64,000 nucleotides of DNA, from NCBI RefSeq assembly GCF_009914755.1, contig NC_060927.1; one strand, 5' to 3'. Below the pieces are notes generated by a model. That model did not search any database, was not told the DNA's origin, and saw only the letters and a list, made by a program, of their open reading frames with translations. Source of the stretch: the human T2T-CHM13v2.0 reference genome, Homo sapiens. Made by a program: the position numbers and the translations under genes. Below are positions 26,748 to 40,001 of the stretch, one piece after another. How positions within the stretch are numbered: position 1 is the stretch's first letter; the number at the start of each line of letters is the position of its first letter.

Positions 26748-27283
26748 ATTTTACGTTTGAAGAAACTAGGGCCTTGAAAAGACAAATTTCTAAATGACAC
26801 ACAATAATTAGGGTCAGAGTTGAGTAGAGAACCCAGGCCCCCTTGGTGCTTAAAAAAATAACTGTGTTTATTGTACCTCTTAAATTTTTTGTTTGTTTGT
26901 TTGTTTTTCCTGAAAAGTTGCAGACAAAGTTTGGACATAGGGAATCAGCTTTACCCTGACACTTGGAAAAGCTTTCTTTATATGTCTTAAATTATCTCCT
27001 TGTTTTCCCAGCTGACAATGCGTAAACTAAATGAGATAATATATGAAAAATCACTTAGGACAGTGGTTGCTACTGACAAAACATTCATTAAACAGAACTA
27101 TCGTTATTACCAAGGTCATTTCACATTTTAAGTTATTCTTGTTCCAGGTAGATTAAAAACTTCAATTAATCAAAAAAAGAATAAACCTGAAAATCAATGT
27201 TTCAAATATTTGACACTTAGAGAACCCCCTAAAACAGCAATCTTGTTGCAAAAAAAAAAAAAACTAGACTTTGTGCTTTTAGT

Positions 27284-27317
27284 AGCAATATCCTAAAAGT
27301 CCACAAGAGGGCAGTCC
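27284..27317 (+). promoter_or_regulatory. Candidate CTCF binding site
   Basis: Core CCACAAGAGGGCAG at 27301-27314; upstream AGCAATATCC resembles the zinc-finger 9-11 motif. Confidence 0.6.
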
Positions 27318-28099
27318 TCCTTACAGCAGAGGGCCCCAGAACCGTAGGTGGGTGGAAGGGAATTGTGGGTGATGAGGTAAGCTAATAATACCATCAATGG
27401 GAGCCATTATTAAGATACTTTTGAGTGATAACGCATACTATGAAGAAAATAAAGCAGAGTAATTAGACAGAGAATGCCTCGAGGGGAAAGTTAATGGGAA
27501 CATTAACTGAGTGGAGAACTGACCTTTGGATAAAAAAGGGTTAGCCATCAGTAGACTGGGGGGAAGAGTATTACACTGGAAAAAATAGGAGGGACCAAAT
27601 TGGACATGGTCTTGGTCTACTTGGGGGACAGAAAGAAGGGCAGTGAAAGAAAGTGAAGAAAGAGGTGAGGAGGGAACATTAGATCATGCAAGTAATGAGC
27701 AGCTCCCAGGCCTTTCTGATCCTGGAGTTTGTTCACTGAATCACTATGCTACTTTGAACTCTGAAGAAAAAGCCAAAGGGCACTGATCAAGACAGTAAAA
27801 GTGGTATTTTTTGGAAATAATGAAAATAATTTAGGAAATGTCTCAGTGCTTCTCAGTAAAGAATTGATCAGAAATCACATGATTTTAGACCTTGAAATTA
27901 TGAGGAAAAATTAGTGAGGGACATATATTTAAATTTATTCAAAATTTTATGTTCTAAGTCTAATCAGGTGCAGGATTTCTCTTTATCTACTTATATGGTA
28001 CTGTATAATAATCAAGGTTTATAATAATGTCCATTAAATTATTTTGCTAAGGCAAAGAATACTTATCTTAGAAATGTCTTCATTAAAAAGTATTACTAA

Positions 28100-28480
28100 C
28101 ATATTTTAAAGGAAATACATCCTAAGATTTATATAGAAGGATGTTCATCCCAGCATTAATGTTAACAAAAATTATAAATAGCATAAATGTCCAATCGTAG
28201 ATTATTTGAGTGTATTAATTTGCTTCAAAATTATTAAAATATCATTTCAAGGAATATGTAAGGCTACGTTACATACTCATAGGGTACTGTTAGAGGAAAG
28301 ACAAGCAACAAAATAAAAATGATATATGAAGTTTGAACCCAATTTTTAAGAACTATGCACAGATAAGCAAATTAGTATAAGAATATCAAAAATAATATGA
28401 GAATGAATGTCTGTATTTTCTTTATAATACTTTTTTGTATTAAAATTTCTGCAAAGAATGCATCTATTTCACAGTCATAA
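28100..28480 (+). mobile_element. Old L1M 3' fragment
   Basis: AAGGATGTTCATC...AAATGTCCAAT. Confidence 0.5.
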
Positions 28481-29324
28481 TAATGAAATTAAATATCTGG
28501 CATTGAAATTTTAATCTTCCCTAAACTTTCAAAATCTGTTTAGTACTGCATTTTGTATAGAAATTGATATGGTTTTTGAGATGACAGGGAGAAAAGATAA
28601 TTTTGTAGAGTGAAGTTAGATCATAGAGTCTCTGCCCTCTTTTAACACTTAATGAACGAACAAAAACATATATTAAAATAAAACAAGTCAAAACAAAGTG
28701 TTGCCAGGAGCCACAAAACCAAGAAAGGAGTGTAACGCCATATCCTCATCTTAAAATGTTTTGGCTAAAGAGTAGGAATAGCTGGGCTGTGGCGGTGTGG
28801 CTCCAGCTCCTCCACCTCTGAGACAATACTGAGGAAAGAAAGGGAGTGGGCCGAATCCAAAGAATCTCTAATGATGACTTTAGACTTGGGAAGAAATGAT
28901 CTGAGGGTAGTGAAGAGGCAGGCTTGGAAAAAGTCAAGAAAAACACCTTAGAAAACAGGAGCTCTTGTGTACAGTCATGAAACCTTGGCAGAGGCAGGGC
29001 TCTGACCCAAATTAGTGAAAGAGCTGAAGCCCACAGCCACAGGATCCACTGCAGCTGATGGAAGGGACTCGGGTTTAGCACATCGAATGGGATTTAAAGA
29101 GGGAGCCAGCCAAGCCCAGGTCCCCAGCAAAGGCAACACACTGATGTTGGAAGCTAATACCCAGTCCACAAAATGTACTCAGTGAGGAAGATGAAGGATT
29201 TTGAGATGACATGGAGAAAATGCCAATAAAAATTCACCCATACTCTAGTAGAGTGAAAAAATCTGGACAGACCTTCCATATTAAACATAAATAAGATGAA
29301 AAGATATAACATGAACCTATGGAT

Positions 29325-29425
29325 GGAGGAAAGAGAGGAAGACAGAAAAGGAGGACAGGACGAGGAAGGAAGAGAGGGAGGAGAGAGGTGGAGGAGAGAG
29401 AGAGAAAAAGAGAGAAGAAATAGAA
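29325..29425. repeat. GA-rich low-complexity tract
   Basis: Near-pure purine run. Confidence 0.85.
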
Positions 29426-29906
29426 TAGCTCCATCTATAAAGAAAACATAACCCAAGAAAAATAAGAAAGTTTCCCCTGAATACTTAATTAAATAAAATA
29501 AGATTAAAAGAAGATTATAAAAGAACAGAATAAGATGAAAAGGGATGAAAAGGGGGGACAGAACGAGAGAAACAAACTGAGAACCAAAATGCCATAGTTA
29601 CAGAAATAAAACTATTGAAACAGTGAGGAATATAAAGCTAACATAATGACAAGAAGAAAATTTCATAAAATAGTCAGTGAAGAGGAAAATGACAGAATTT
29701 GTAGCAGTTACATAAGTGGGTAGAGGTGGAGAACCAAGACAATAGAACATAAGGATTAGTGTTTCTAGAGATGAGAAATATAATAGAAAATGTATGTAAA
29801 GGTATAATGTTAGAAACTTTTCCTGAAAAAAAAAAAAGACTTGAATCTGCAGATCAAAAAAACTACAGTGTTCCAGGATAAAGAGTGATAAACAATGACT
29901 GACCAC

Positions 29907-30385
29907 TGACAAAAATTCTCTGCTAGACCAAAATTTAGTCAGCCTCCTGAAGCCTCTCCTGGGCTCATCTATGCACTTCCTTGTAAAATCCAGTTTTAGC
30001 AAAGAACCCTGCTAAGTCAGTTTAACCAAAACCCCTTATCCTTAATATCTGATCACCATTGATATTTGATCAGGTTCATCATCCTCCACCAACCCTCAGG
30101 TCATGTCTAACACTCTAGCCTGTCTTCAGAATAATCCCGGTAGGTTGGTTTAGCCAGAATCTCCTGTACACTTGATGTTGCCTCTTAGTAATTTTCATCC
30201 ACTGACCACACTCTGCCCCTTGACTATAAATTCCCACTTGCCCACGCTGCTTTTGGGGTTGAGCCCAATCTCTCTCCCTGACTGCAACACCCCATGCTGT
30301 GGTCCCGGTACCCATCCCAATGGTCCTGAAGAAAGTCTTCCTTATCATGAATTAACAAACATCATTGAGTAACATTTCTTCAACA
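29907..30385 (+). mobile_element. ERV1 solo LTR, MER31-like
   Basis: TG...CA, 479 bp, 4-bp TSD CCAC/CCAT, TATAAA near 30226; CTTGTAAAATCCAGTTTTAGCAAAGAACCCTGCTAAGTCAG. Confidence 0.8.
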
Positions 30386-31725
30386 CCATTAGCCCTATCC
30401 TAGATAAATTATGAATTTCAGGGTCAAGAAAATAATTCTTTAGTCAATTAGGCACACAAAGAAAGTTCTCTATAAAGGCAATACTTTTGTTCAGCCTATG
30501 ATGTTTTCATGACATTCAACCCCAAAGACAATGAGACAAATATCTACAAAATTCTGAAATAAAGTGAATGGACACAGCCAACATCATCGAGATTATAAAA
30601 GACATGCATTCTCAAAAATGGAGGAACTTAGGAAATTAAGGCACCCCTCAGTGATTCTTGAAAAAACAGCCAAACAAACAAAAAAACTGGAGAGTGAAAT
30701 CCAGTAGTGAGCATCACCTATTTACCTATAGAATATGACTAAACAATTGGTGAAATTAGAATGCAAATGTTGTAAACCCTGACAAATAAAAATAATGCAA
30801 TATAACAAAAGCTGGAAGATAGTGCAGCGAGGTGGGAAGAAATGAGATCCTTTAAAAAATTGCTGTAGTTAATTAATATTGTTTCAAGTTGAAACAGTAG
30901 ATTAAAAAAGACCTCATTTAGAAAAATCTTTTAATTTTATGGGGATCTTTTGAAACTTAACATCCCTTGGGTGAAGAACATTTAACTGAAATTCAGCAAT
31001 TTCTTCAATTTCCTTTTAGTTTTTCTCCTGACAAATTCAAGTAAAATTAAACACATTTTAAAATGGCATTTATAATGTGATCCTATATTTATAAAACTAT
31101 TTCTATTTACCCATCCTTCCTTTCTCCTTGTTTTCTCCTATTTTATACCTATGAATGGATAAATAATCTAGAAAGAATGTTCTTCAAATGTTTGTGCCTG
31201 TTATCTCTGGGTGTTAAAGCTTTGAGTTATTTTCTGCTTTATTTCTTACATTTTATGTTATATTTAAATTTTAACAGGAAGTGCTACATTCTATTATATA
31301 AATAATTAAGCAATATACATTATTATATTTTATAAAAGTGACATCTTAAAAAGAAAATAGAAAATTTCTTACATACTTTTAGCACTGGCATTATTAATGT
31401 AAATTCCCCTTCTGGGTAGGCACCATTAGCCATACAGGCAACATGGCCCATGTCCTCAGGGTATTATATAGTTTGTCACAGTGACCTAGTCCCACAGATG
31501 GACATGGAATTATGGCAATATCAACATATTGCTTCATGACCAACATATTGCTTCAGTCATTTTCCCACAATTATAAAATGTTGCCTTCTTTCTAAGAAAT
31601 GTCAATTTGATTAAAGTCACAGAAACATAATACAAATGGGAGAAGGATTAAGGTTTTAATGATTTACTAATGTTATCTCAGGAAATAAGGGCAGACATTC
31701 CCATAGGCTTATTAAAATGGATACA

Positions 31726-31726
<1 letters not shown>

Positions 31727-31766
<40 letters not shown>

Positions 31767-31832
31767 ATCTTTGCTCTGTTGTCCAGGCTGGAGTGCAGCG
31801 ACACCATCATAGCTCATCATAGCTCACACGCG

Positions 31833-31872
<40 letters not shown>
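31727..31872. repeat. (CA)n - duplicated Alu fragment - (CG)6(CA)16
   Basis: CA run 31727-31763; Alu piece 31764-31826; CG run 31829-31840; CA run to 31872. Confidence 0.9.
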
Positions 31873-31873
<1 letters not shown>

Positions 31874-31882
31874 TTAAGTTAT

Positions 31883-32165
31883 CTTCGCTGTGTTGTCCAG
31901 GCTGGAGTGCAATGACACCCATCATATCTCACTATGGCCTCAACCTCCTGGGCTCAAGTGATGCTCCTGCTTCAGCCTCCCAAGTAGCTGGGACTACAGG
32001 TGTGTGCCACTACACCTGGATAATTTTTAATTTTTTTTTTTTTTTTGTAGAGACAGAATCTCACCATGTTGCCTCAGTTGGTCTCAGACTCCTGGACTCA
32101 AGCAATCCTCCCACCTCAGCCTCCCAAAGTGCTGGGATTACAGGCATAAGCCACAGTACCCAGCC
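31883..32165 (-). mobile_element. AluJ lacking poly-A tail
   Basis: CTCCTGGGCTCAAGTGAT J-type motif; TTAAGTTAT direct repeat at 31874-82 and 32166-74. Confidence 0.9.
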
Positions 32166-34490
32166 TTAAGTTATTTCTGATTAAGGGTAATGGCATCAGC
32201 TTCTGTGTTCCATCACTATTTTATTCACCTTGACAAGTAATTTGAGCAAGGAGATGCCCACTTTATCAGTAAGAAATTAAGTGTAATTTTTAAATTTTGA
32301 CATGTACCTTAATAATTTCTGCAAAAATAATTTTGGTCCTTCCTTCTTTGGCTTTTTCTGAATTGTTTTCTCACAAAACTCTTAGCTTTTTTTTTGCACC
32401 ATCTAATGTATTTGAGCATCAAAAATTAAACTATGCTATTTAAGGTTTTACAAATAGTGTTTACTCAGATTGGGAAATAAACTTTTTTTAATGTGGTCAC
32501 ACTGATCAGAATTTTATATTTTGAAAACATAAAAGCTAAAAGATGGTTCTATGCAAAATAAATTTTAAAAACTGCAACTCTAAGGCAGTATTGCATCTTT
32601 CTTTTTAATAATTGGTCTTGCTTCACATCTTTGAAAAGCAAACAGGCCATTAAAGGCATGCCTGATGTGTTAGACACTTAACCAGGTTTACTACTGGACA
32701 GGGTGCAATTTTATTAATCTTTAAACACATTTTAATGAGCTATGGGTATAGTTTGTACTACTAAACTACCATGAATTGCTCACTCCCTGACTCACTTTAA
32801 AAATGAAAAACATGTGTCAGGTCAGAGATGAGCTGGAAATCCCATTTAATTATCAAAATAACAAGAATGAAAAGAGATCCATGTTGCCATTTAATCAAGT
32901 GAGCCTGCAGGCTTAGGTGCTAACATTATGAGCACCTATCTATAATGCCATTACTCAGACTGGCTAGAAATTAGATACGTCCCAGCCCTTCCAGCTGGAG
33001 CTTAAGAGAAGCATTGTTGGCATCCATGCAATTCTTGCAAGGGTCTTGAAAAGACAGCTAACGGGGGTCAGTTCATCAGGTCATGGAGATTTAAATCAGA
33101 CAGTGTCCTGGAAATTTACAGGCCTGGGAGTGGGCAGAGTGAATTCTAGCCTAACTTCTGTTCCCAATCAGCCAGGGGCTCTTGGGAAAATCCTTTTGCC
33201 CTCTGGATCTTTTTGTAAAGTGGAGTGGCTTGACTAGTTTATTTCTGAAGCTCTTACCTTCTGTAACATTTCTTGTTAATTAAAAAGAATTGAGTTTTCA
33301 TCTAATCTCACACAGAAATGTTTAGGATTCTACCTATTTAGTGACCCCTGACAAGGTTCATTACAATGATGCAAGGGTGTGAAAGGCTCCCCCCCTTTCC
33401 AAAATACCTTCTCCCTTGGATGCTCTGGTCTAACAAATTTTTCCTTTAGAGATAACATCCAAACCATAGCCCTCCCTAGGCATGTGAGGATAACTTGTCA
33501 CTATTTTCTCAGACAAAATTTTTTACTGGATATTTTCGTTGAGGATAGAAAGGCAGTAAAAAAGTTCTATATACCAAGAGGATATTTAGTGCTGGAACCA
33601 AAGTGTCATTCCTTCTTTTTTTATTCTTACAAAATCAAACAACCATTTGTTTTTAAACCAGAGCATTTTATTCCTGAAACTGTATGCATGCGGCTTATGA
33701 AAATACTAAACAATCAGAACTTGCTCTTTTTTCTCTGTTCTATCTCTCAGGATCAGCAGCTCAAAAAAACAGGGGAAAGAGAGTAATGAAGATAAGACTT
33801 GGACCTTTCTAGAATGTCCGTTCCTGAGTGTGGCTAAACTTGTAAAGCAAATGGCTGTGGGAACCAATGCTGTGGTGTGAGGTTACTACAGGGCTTTTGC
33901 AGGGCAAAGAGAGGGCTTCTCTGATATCCTTTAAAACGAAGCACACTGAACTTGATCAGGGATGAACAGAGTATTTCTATTATTATTTTTTTTCCTGTTA
34001 GAGGTTCTCATTAGAAGAAAATACACCCCCCTGGGCCCTCTTTGAATTCCAAGAAGCTCCTATTCTTACCAGAATTAGAATGTAATAACTTTTTAGCTTA
34101 AAAGCTTGTCCTGGCTATTCCTCATAGCCTAATTTCTTAATCAAGTATATACTGTATGTCTCAGTATATACTACATGTACTATTACAATAGTATTTTTTT
34201 CCTTGAGAAAATTTAATTTAATTTAATAATTAATTTAATAGTCAGAGTACAGGTATGTAAGCTCTAGGGAACTTTGTTTCCCAATAGTAAAGGTAGAAGG
34301 GAAAATATTTATCACATGGTAAATGATGTAGAGAAAAGGATACAGGTCCTAAGTTAATATTTGATTATTAGCTATTATGATTATGATGGTCTTGGGTTAT
34401 TATGTTTAGAAGATAGTGGCTACTCATTAATAATTTAGCTCCATCATCTTTGGATGGATAGGATTGCGGACAATTTAAAATTTTCCTATA

Positions 34491-34878
<388 letters not shown>

Positions 34879-35568
34879 TAAAATTTCCCTATATACCATG
34901 TTTGTTAAGTGCCTGCAGGATTTTGTCTTAGTTCTGAAAAACATTGCCAACAATTTGTAATGCACTCACATGTTCCCCTCACTTAAAGGATACTGATACT
35001 ACCTTACCCTTATGTGGGGGTACATCTTTTCCCTGGCAAGGAATTTTTGCTCATTGACTCACACTTTTCTCAAAACCATAGCATGTAAGTCAAGACAAGA
35101 GGACAGAACTAATTCATTTCTGGTAGGATTAGGTCACAATTACACTAGTTTCTTTTTTGACATCATATTTCACCTAGCTGTAGTCACTTTTGTTGTGACC
35201 ATATAAATCATTTCAGATCCTTAGCACTAAGCAATTTCCTTTTCAAACTTCAAATATTCATTCGCAGGATTATTTTACTCTTCCTATGGTCTTTCCTCCT
35301 ATTAAAGTTCATTGACCCTTCACCTATTTTTAGACCCTCTGGATCCAAAATAGCAAAGAAAATTAAATATTCAGTTTTTTAAAAAACAAATATCAATACT
35401 AAGTACTTGTTGGTTTTGACTCAGAGTTTCAGATACCTCAGTATATGACATCATCACCTGGAGCTCCCTTACCCAAATTCTGTTTACAATGGAAGAATCC
35501 GTGTGAAGCATTCAAATGTACACGTGCTTTTTCTAATAGAAAGAATGTAACAGGTTGCTCTGAATTAA

Positions 35569-35600
35569 ACACACACACACACACACCCACACACACCACA
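35569..35600. repeat. (CA)n microsatellite, interrupted
   Basis: Direct read. Confidence 0.85.
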
Positions 35601-35669
35601 ACTCCACTCTTTCTATCCAGGACCTGCCAACAATAATTTTAGTATTTGCAGGAGGCTGTTAACTTGCAA

Positions 35670-35800
35670 ATCTTTCATTTATTTAAGAAATACTGAGTAG
35701 CTACAATGTGTCAGGCACTCTGGCACACCTTTAAGTGCTTGGGGTAATTCAGTGGACAATATAGATTTCCCTGCTTCATAGAGCTTACATTCTAACAGGT
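35670..35800 (-). mobile_element. L2 3' end fragment
   Basis: TTCATTTATTT...ACTGAGTAGCTACAATGTGTCAGGCAC...GAGCTTACATTCTA. Confidence 0.65.
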
Positions 35801-35975
35801 GTCCATTTGGAAATCTCTCCAATAAGATTAAAGTGGAATATGACATTAATTAATATCTCTTATCATCTACCACAGGGTTATGGTTATAACTGAATAATTA
35901 GAATAAATTGTGCCTGTCAGAAAGAGTGGTCCCTGCTCCACAACAAAATGAGAAGAAAAAGGGCAATGATATATA

Positions 35976-36310
35976 TGCACATAATTCCTTAGCTTTAATC
36001 TCAAAATCCTAAAGCTTGTGAAGACAGAAAGTTTTTTCATAACTTAGTTGGTGGCAGAAGCTGACCTGATTTCATATGAGTGTTTCATAGTCTTTATTGA
36101 TCCAACTTAGTGTAAATATTTGTATGCTTCACTGCAGAAATATTCATGTGTTTGCAATGGGGCGTTCCCCCAGATGTCACTGGGGTAGAGTTCTACCCAT
36201 TGCGGTAGAGCACAATACTATCTTCCCGAACCCCCCCACCCCTCAAAAACCCAAGCAAACAAAACTGAATTATTTCTGGCAAGGATTTTGGATAAGGAAC
36301 TATGGGCCTG
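35976..36310 (-). mobile_element. MER46C-like Tigger (TcMar) element
   Basis: Reverse complement begins CAGGCCCATAGTTCCTTATCC; internal GAAAGTTTTTTCATAAC and CTGACCTGA. Confidence 0.7.
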
Positions 36311-38189
36311 TATGTATGTATCTTTTTGAATCTACCAACCATATTTTCTCAGAAAGGCCTATCCTTTATTTTTCTTGCTTTGGGGGTAGGAAAATATTAT
36401 TTCTTTATGTTGTGATAGCATAAATATTGGTTTGTTCTGTTTTCAGATAACTTTATTTAGCAAAATAGAAAGATTGTCAATCCTCTATTTTTTTTCTTAA
36501 CATTATGCTCACCTGTGAAATGTGAAACTCAGGCGATACTGACCTGATCTAACAAACTTGTTGCCTAGACATTCATATTCTAGACATCTGCCCTATTATT
36601 TATTATACTTCTTTACAATGATCCACTTAAAAAACTGAACTATTATATCACTACCATAAATGGAAAGCCTGTATCACTTGCCATGAATAGCATCTGATGG
36701 CACTTACACAGGCCTAATAATGGTATATACTATATTGAAATACTGTTTATATGGACTTAAATTATAGAACGTTCAGAACAGAAAACAAAAAATAAGCAAT
36801 TAGGGTTACCTAGGGAAGCAAAATAGTGCTATTTTGAAGAGCCTATAGATTCATTTGTGTTCTCTTTCTTTGTGGGTTATATGCATGCACAGTATTACCA
36901 AATATTAAAAAATTATCTCAAGAAGCCAGGAATGAGTATGTGTCTAAACACTTTTTATAGCCTTTGTAATGAACAATTTTGGTGACTTTCACTCCTTTCC
37001 ATTTTCCTTTCCTTCTTTCCCTTCTCTCTTTCTTGTCTATTTCTTTTTTTAAATTATCATAATCAAAAGCAATTATACCTTATATATGACATACAAAGCA
37101 GCTCAATTTCACAGGTGTCTGCCTAGAAAAAGTGAAGGGAAGATTCATCTTATTTGGTTCACTACCTCAATGTGGCATTGTTGCTTCCCCAATTGGTGGT
37201 TGTTGGTTAATTAAATTTTAAGAAACACTGAGCCTAATAGAAAATTTTACTTCCAGCAAAGGTTTCACTTACATATCACATATATTATTTGCCTTTCTAT
37301 TTATTTTCTATGAGAGAGACAGTTTTTTTTATGTTGTGTTTTATGAGCTTTGTGTACTTATAAAATGTACAATATCTGAACTCTAAATTATGTGTATGTA
37401 TGAGAATTTGCGCATTCATCTATTTTTCCTTATCTATCCATCTACTCATCGATTGAAGAGAAAAATGAGAAAGAGCAAAGAAGCAAGTAAGCTTAGTTCT
37501 TGATTTACACGGCAGCTTGTTGAAACAGGAACTTTGTATCTTGGGTTTTAAGAAAAACATAAATATTTGTTTGGAAAAAATATAGAAAACAATATATAGC
37601 AGTCATTTTTAAATTCACACAAGGATAAATAAAATGTCTTATTTTCTTCGTGCAAAAAAGATTTATAGTCTTGAAAAACTAAAAATTAAATAAAAGTTTT
37701 AAAAAAATGCTCTGTGCATTTTCCCAAGGCATTAATAACCACTTCTAAGTTTATGCAACATTAAAATTGGCCACACAAATGGGTCCCACCTTCTTCATCT
37801 ATTAAATGAAGTTGAAACGAATACTCTCTCAGGACACTCTGAACTTTCTTAAAAATTCTCTGCTTTGAGGGGCCAGCCTACAGTTAGGCACCTTTGTGGC
37901 TAATGTATCTGCTGTTTGAAAACTTTGACAGTTTTCTTCTAAGGGGAAGAGGTCAGGGGGAAAAAGCTGACATTTGAGGCAATGGTTTGGAGAGCCATGT
38001 TTTGCCACCATCATCATGTCACTGTTTTGGGGGGCCATACTTCTGTTTCTTGTTAGATTCCAACATGAGCGAGATGAAAATGTGTATTTTTGTTTGGGTT
38101 TTTGAGAGCCATCCAACTCTGGTTTTTGCTGGCTTCTTTTCTGTCCCCTTCTTTGGACTTTATGAACTGACTGACAGGAGACAGTGAAA

Positions 38190-38380
38190 TGCATTGGCTC
38201 TCAGTTCTTGGTGTACAGTTGAATCAATTGAGGACCTTAAAACGCTACATGAAAGACTGGGCTATGCCCTTTGAGATTCTGATTCTACAGTTCAGTTTCA
38301 CCTCCCCATAACCCTCTACATTTCAAATATGCCCCCTCCAGGTAATTCTGATATACTCCAGAGGCTGAATAACTACTGGA
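38190..38380. mobile_element. MER5-family MITE, degraded
   Basis: GAGATTCTGATTC; CCAGGTAATTCTGAT. Confidence 0.5.
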
Positions 38381-38821
38381 TTTTCACACACCACAGGCTT
38401 TACTCATTTCCCAGAAACTGAAATGTCCAGGGACTGCAAGAGAAGAAAGAAGTGTGGGAAATCTCCCTGCAGTCTTCTACTTTTTTTTTTTTTTAATAAC
38501 CTCCTTTCCATGCTCTTGTAGACAGCCTTCTGAGTTAAGCCATTATCATACTTGGAGACTCAAGGACAAGTTTAAACATCTATTGTGTATGGCTATGCTA
38601 AGTAGTATTGTTTTTAGCAGTTGCTAAATCATTTCCCCAAAATATTGCCAGTTAGTGTATAATAATTGGTATTCACATTGTACAATTGGTTGACGTATGA
38701 ACTTTTAGGTAACTCATCTGAAAGCATTCACCATTAGCTCTTAATAGTCAATTATTCAGTCATTCATTTATTAACTTAATCGTGAATGCATTCACCAAAC
38801 ATTTATTAAGCACTTTTCAAT

Positions 38822-39072
38822 AGTGCAGTGATTATTAGCAGCCTGAGCTCAGGGATCAAAATTCCAGGGTTCAAACCCAGGTTGCATCATTTCTCAACAT
38901 TTTTACCTTGAAAAGAGTACCTAATTTTACAAATCTACATTTTGTTATCTGCAAAAGGAATAATGATACAGCCTGCCTCATTGGTGAAGGTATGAGGAAA
39001 TGAATTTGAAAACTCTTAGCCCAGTGCCTAGGACATAGTGACTGTACAGACATGTTAGCCATTATTATTACC
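38822..39072 (+). mobile_element. MIR nested in an antisense L2 tail (L2 at ~38752-38815 and ~39073-39300)
   Basis: GGGTTCAAACCCAG...ATCTGCAAAAGG...CAGTGCCTAGGACATAGT...ATGTTAGCCATTATTATT. Confidence 0.7.
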
Positions 39073-39579
39073 ACAATGTGCAAGGCAGGGGACTAGGTCC
39101 TGAGGATGCAGTGATGGATACGATTACATGACTTAAGACTGTAGAAGGGAGGAGGCAACACCAATGCTATAACAGACGTGGAGTAAGTGTGCAGAAAACA
39201 CCTGGTGGACCCAGTGTCTGCTGGGAGTGGGTAGGGGAGGGAAAGTCGTATGTGCTCAGGGAAGCCTGAATGATACGATGTTGGAGCAAAGTGTTGAAGA
39301 AAGATTCGTAATCAACTACATTTTATAAAACATATTTACTCTTGTCTTTTATATGATTAAATGTATACCATTTATAAAAGTTATATGCAAACTTCAAAAT
39401 AAAAAACTACTTAAAATATTTAAGTTTCCAGTAATGATTTAGGAGGAGGGGTATAAGTTCTCAATTCCATGGCTTTCAAAGGCAGAAGGGAAAGCAAATA
39501 TCTTACACTGGTAACAATCGTAGCTGTCAACGTTGCCATAGAAGAGATTCCTGTGTCAGGGTTGGAAGTTGGTCTGGAA

Positions 39580-39808
39580 CAGTGGTTATCAATTTTGCAA
39601 TTTTGGGAAGGGAGCAATTTTGCACCTTCCATCCCACCCCAGGGTTCATCTGGCAATGTCTGGAGATATTTTTTATTGTCATGACTGAGGAGCGGGTGCC
39701 ACGGGCATCTAGTGGGTAGAGGCTAGGGATGCTGCTCAACATCCTACAATACACAGGACACTCTCTCACAGCAGAGAATCATCTGGTTCAAAATGTCAGT
39801 AATGCCAA
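39580..39808 (+). mobile_element. MER20
   Basis: GGCAATGTCTGGAGA...GGCATCTAGTGGGTAGAGGC.AGGGATGCTGCT.AACATCCTACAAT. Confidence 0.9.
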
Positions 39809-39815
39809 TCTAAAT

Positions 39816-40001
39816 CAGTAATATTCAAAATACAGTGTACATCAGAATCACTTGGAGAGCTTGTAGAAACCCACGTCTCTGAGTCCCACCCCCAGAATTT
39901 TTGATTCAGTGAGTCTGGAGCAAACCCAAGAATTTGCATCTCTAACAAGTTCCCCGGTGATGCTGATGCTGCTGGTTGGGATCCCATTTTGAGAATGACT
40001 G
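39816..40001 (+). mobile_element. MER5A
   Basis: CATCAGAATCAC...AGAATTTGCATCTCTAACAAGTTCCC.GGTGATGCTGATGCTGCTGGT. Confidence 0.85.

Larger units (their letters stand above)
28650..31300 (+). mobile_element. HAL1 / old L1 ORF1-like region, interrupted by an LTR
   Basis: A-rich; AAAGACTTGAATCTGCAGAT and TTCTCAAAAATGGAGGAACTTAGG resemble HAL1/ORF1. Confidence 0.5.

Noticed and set aside
34144-34172. Two copies of the palindrome AGTATATACT
   Set aside because: Short, AT-rich imperfect tandem repeat, compatible with simple slippage.
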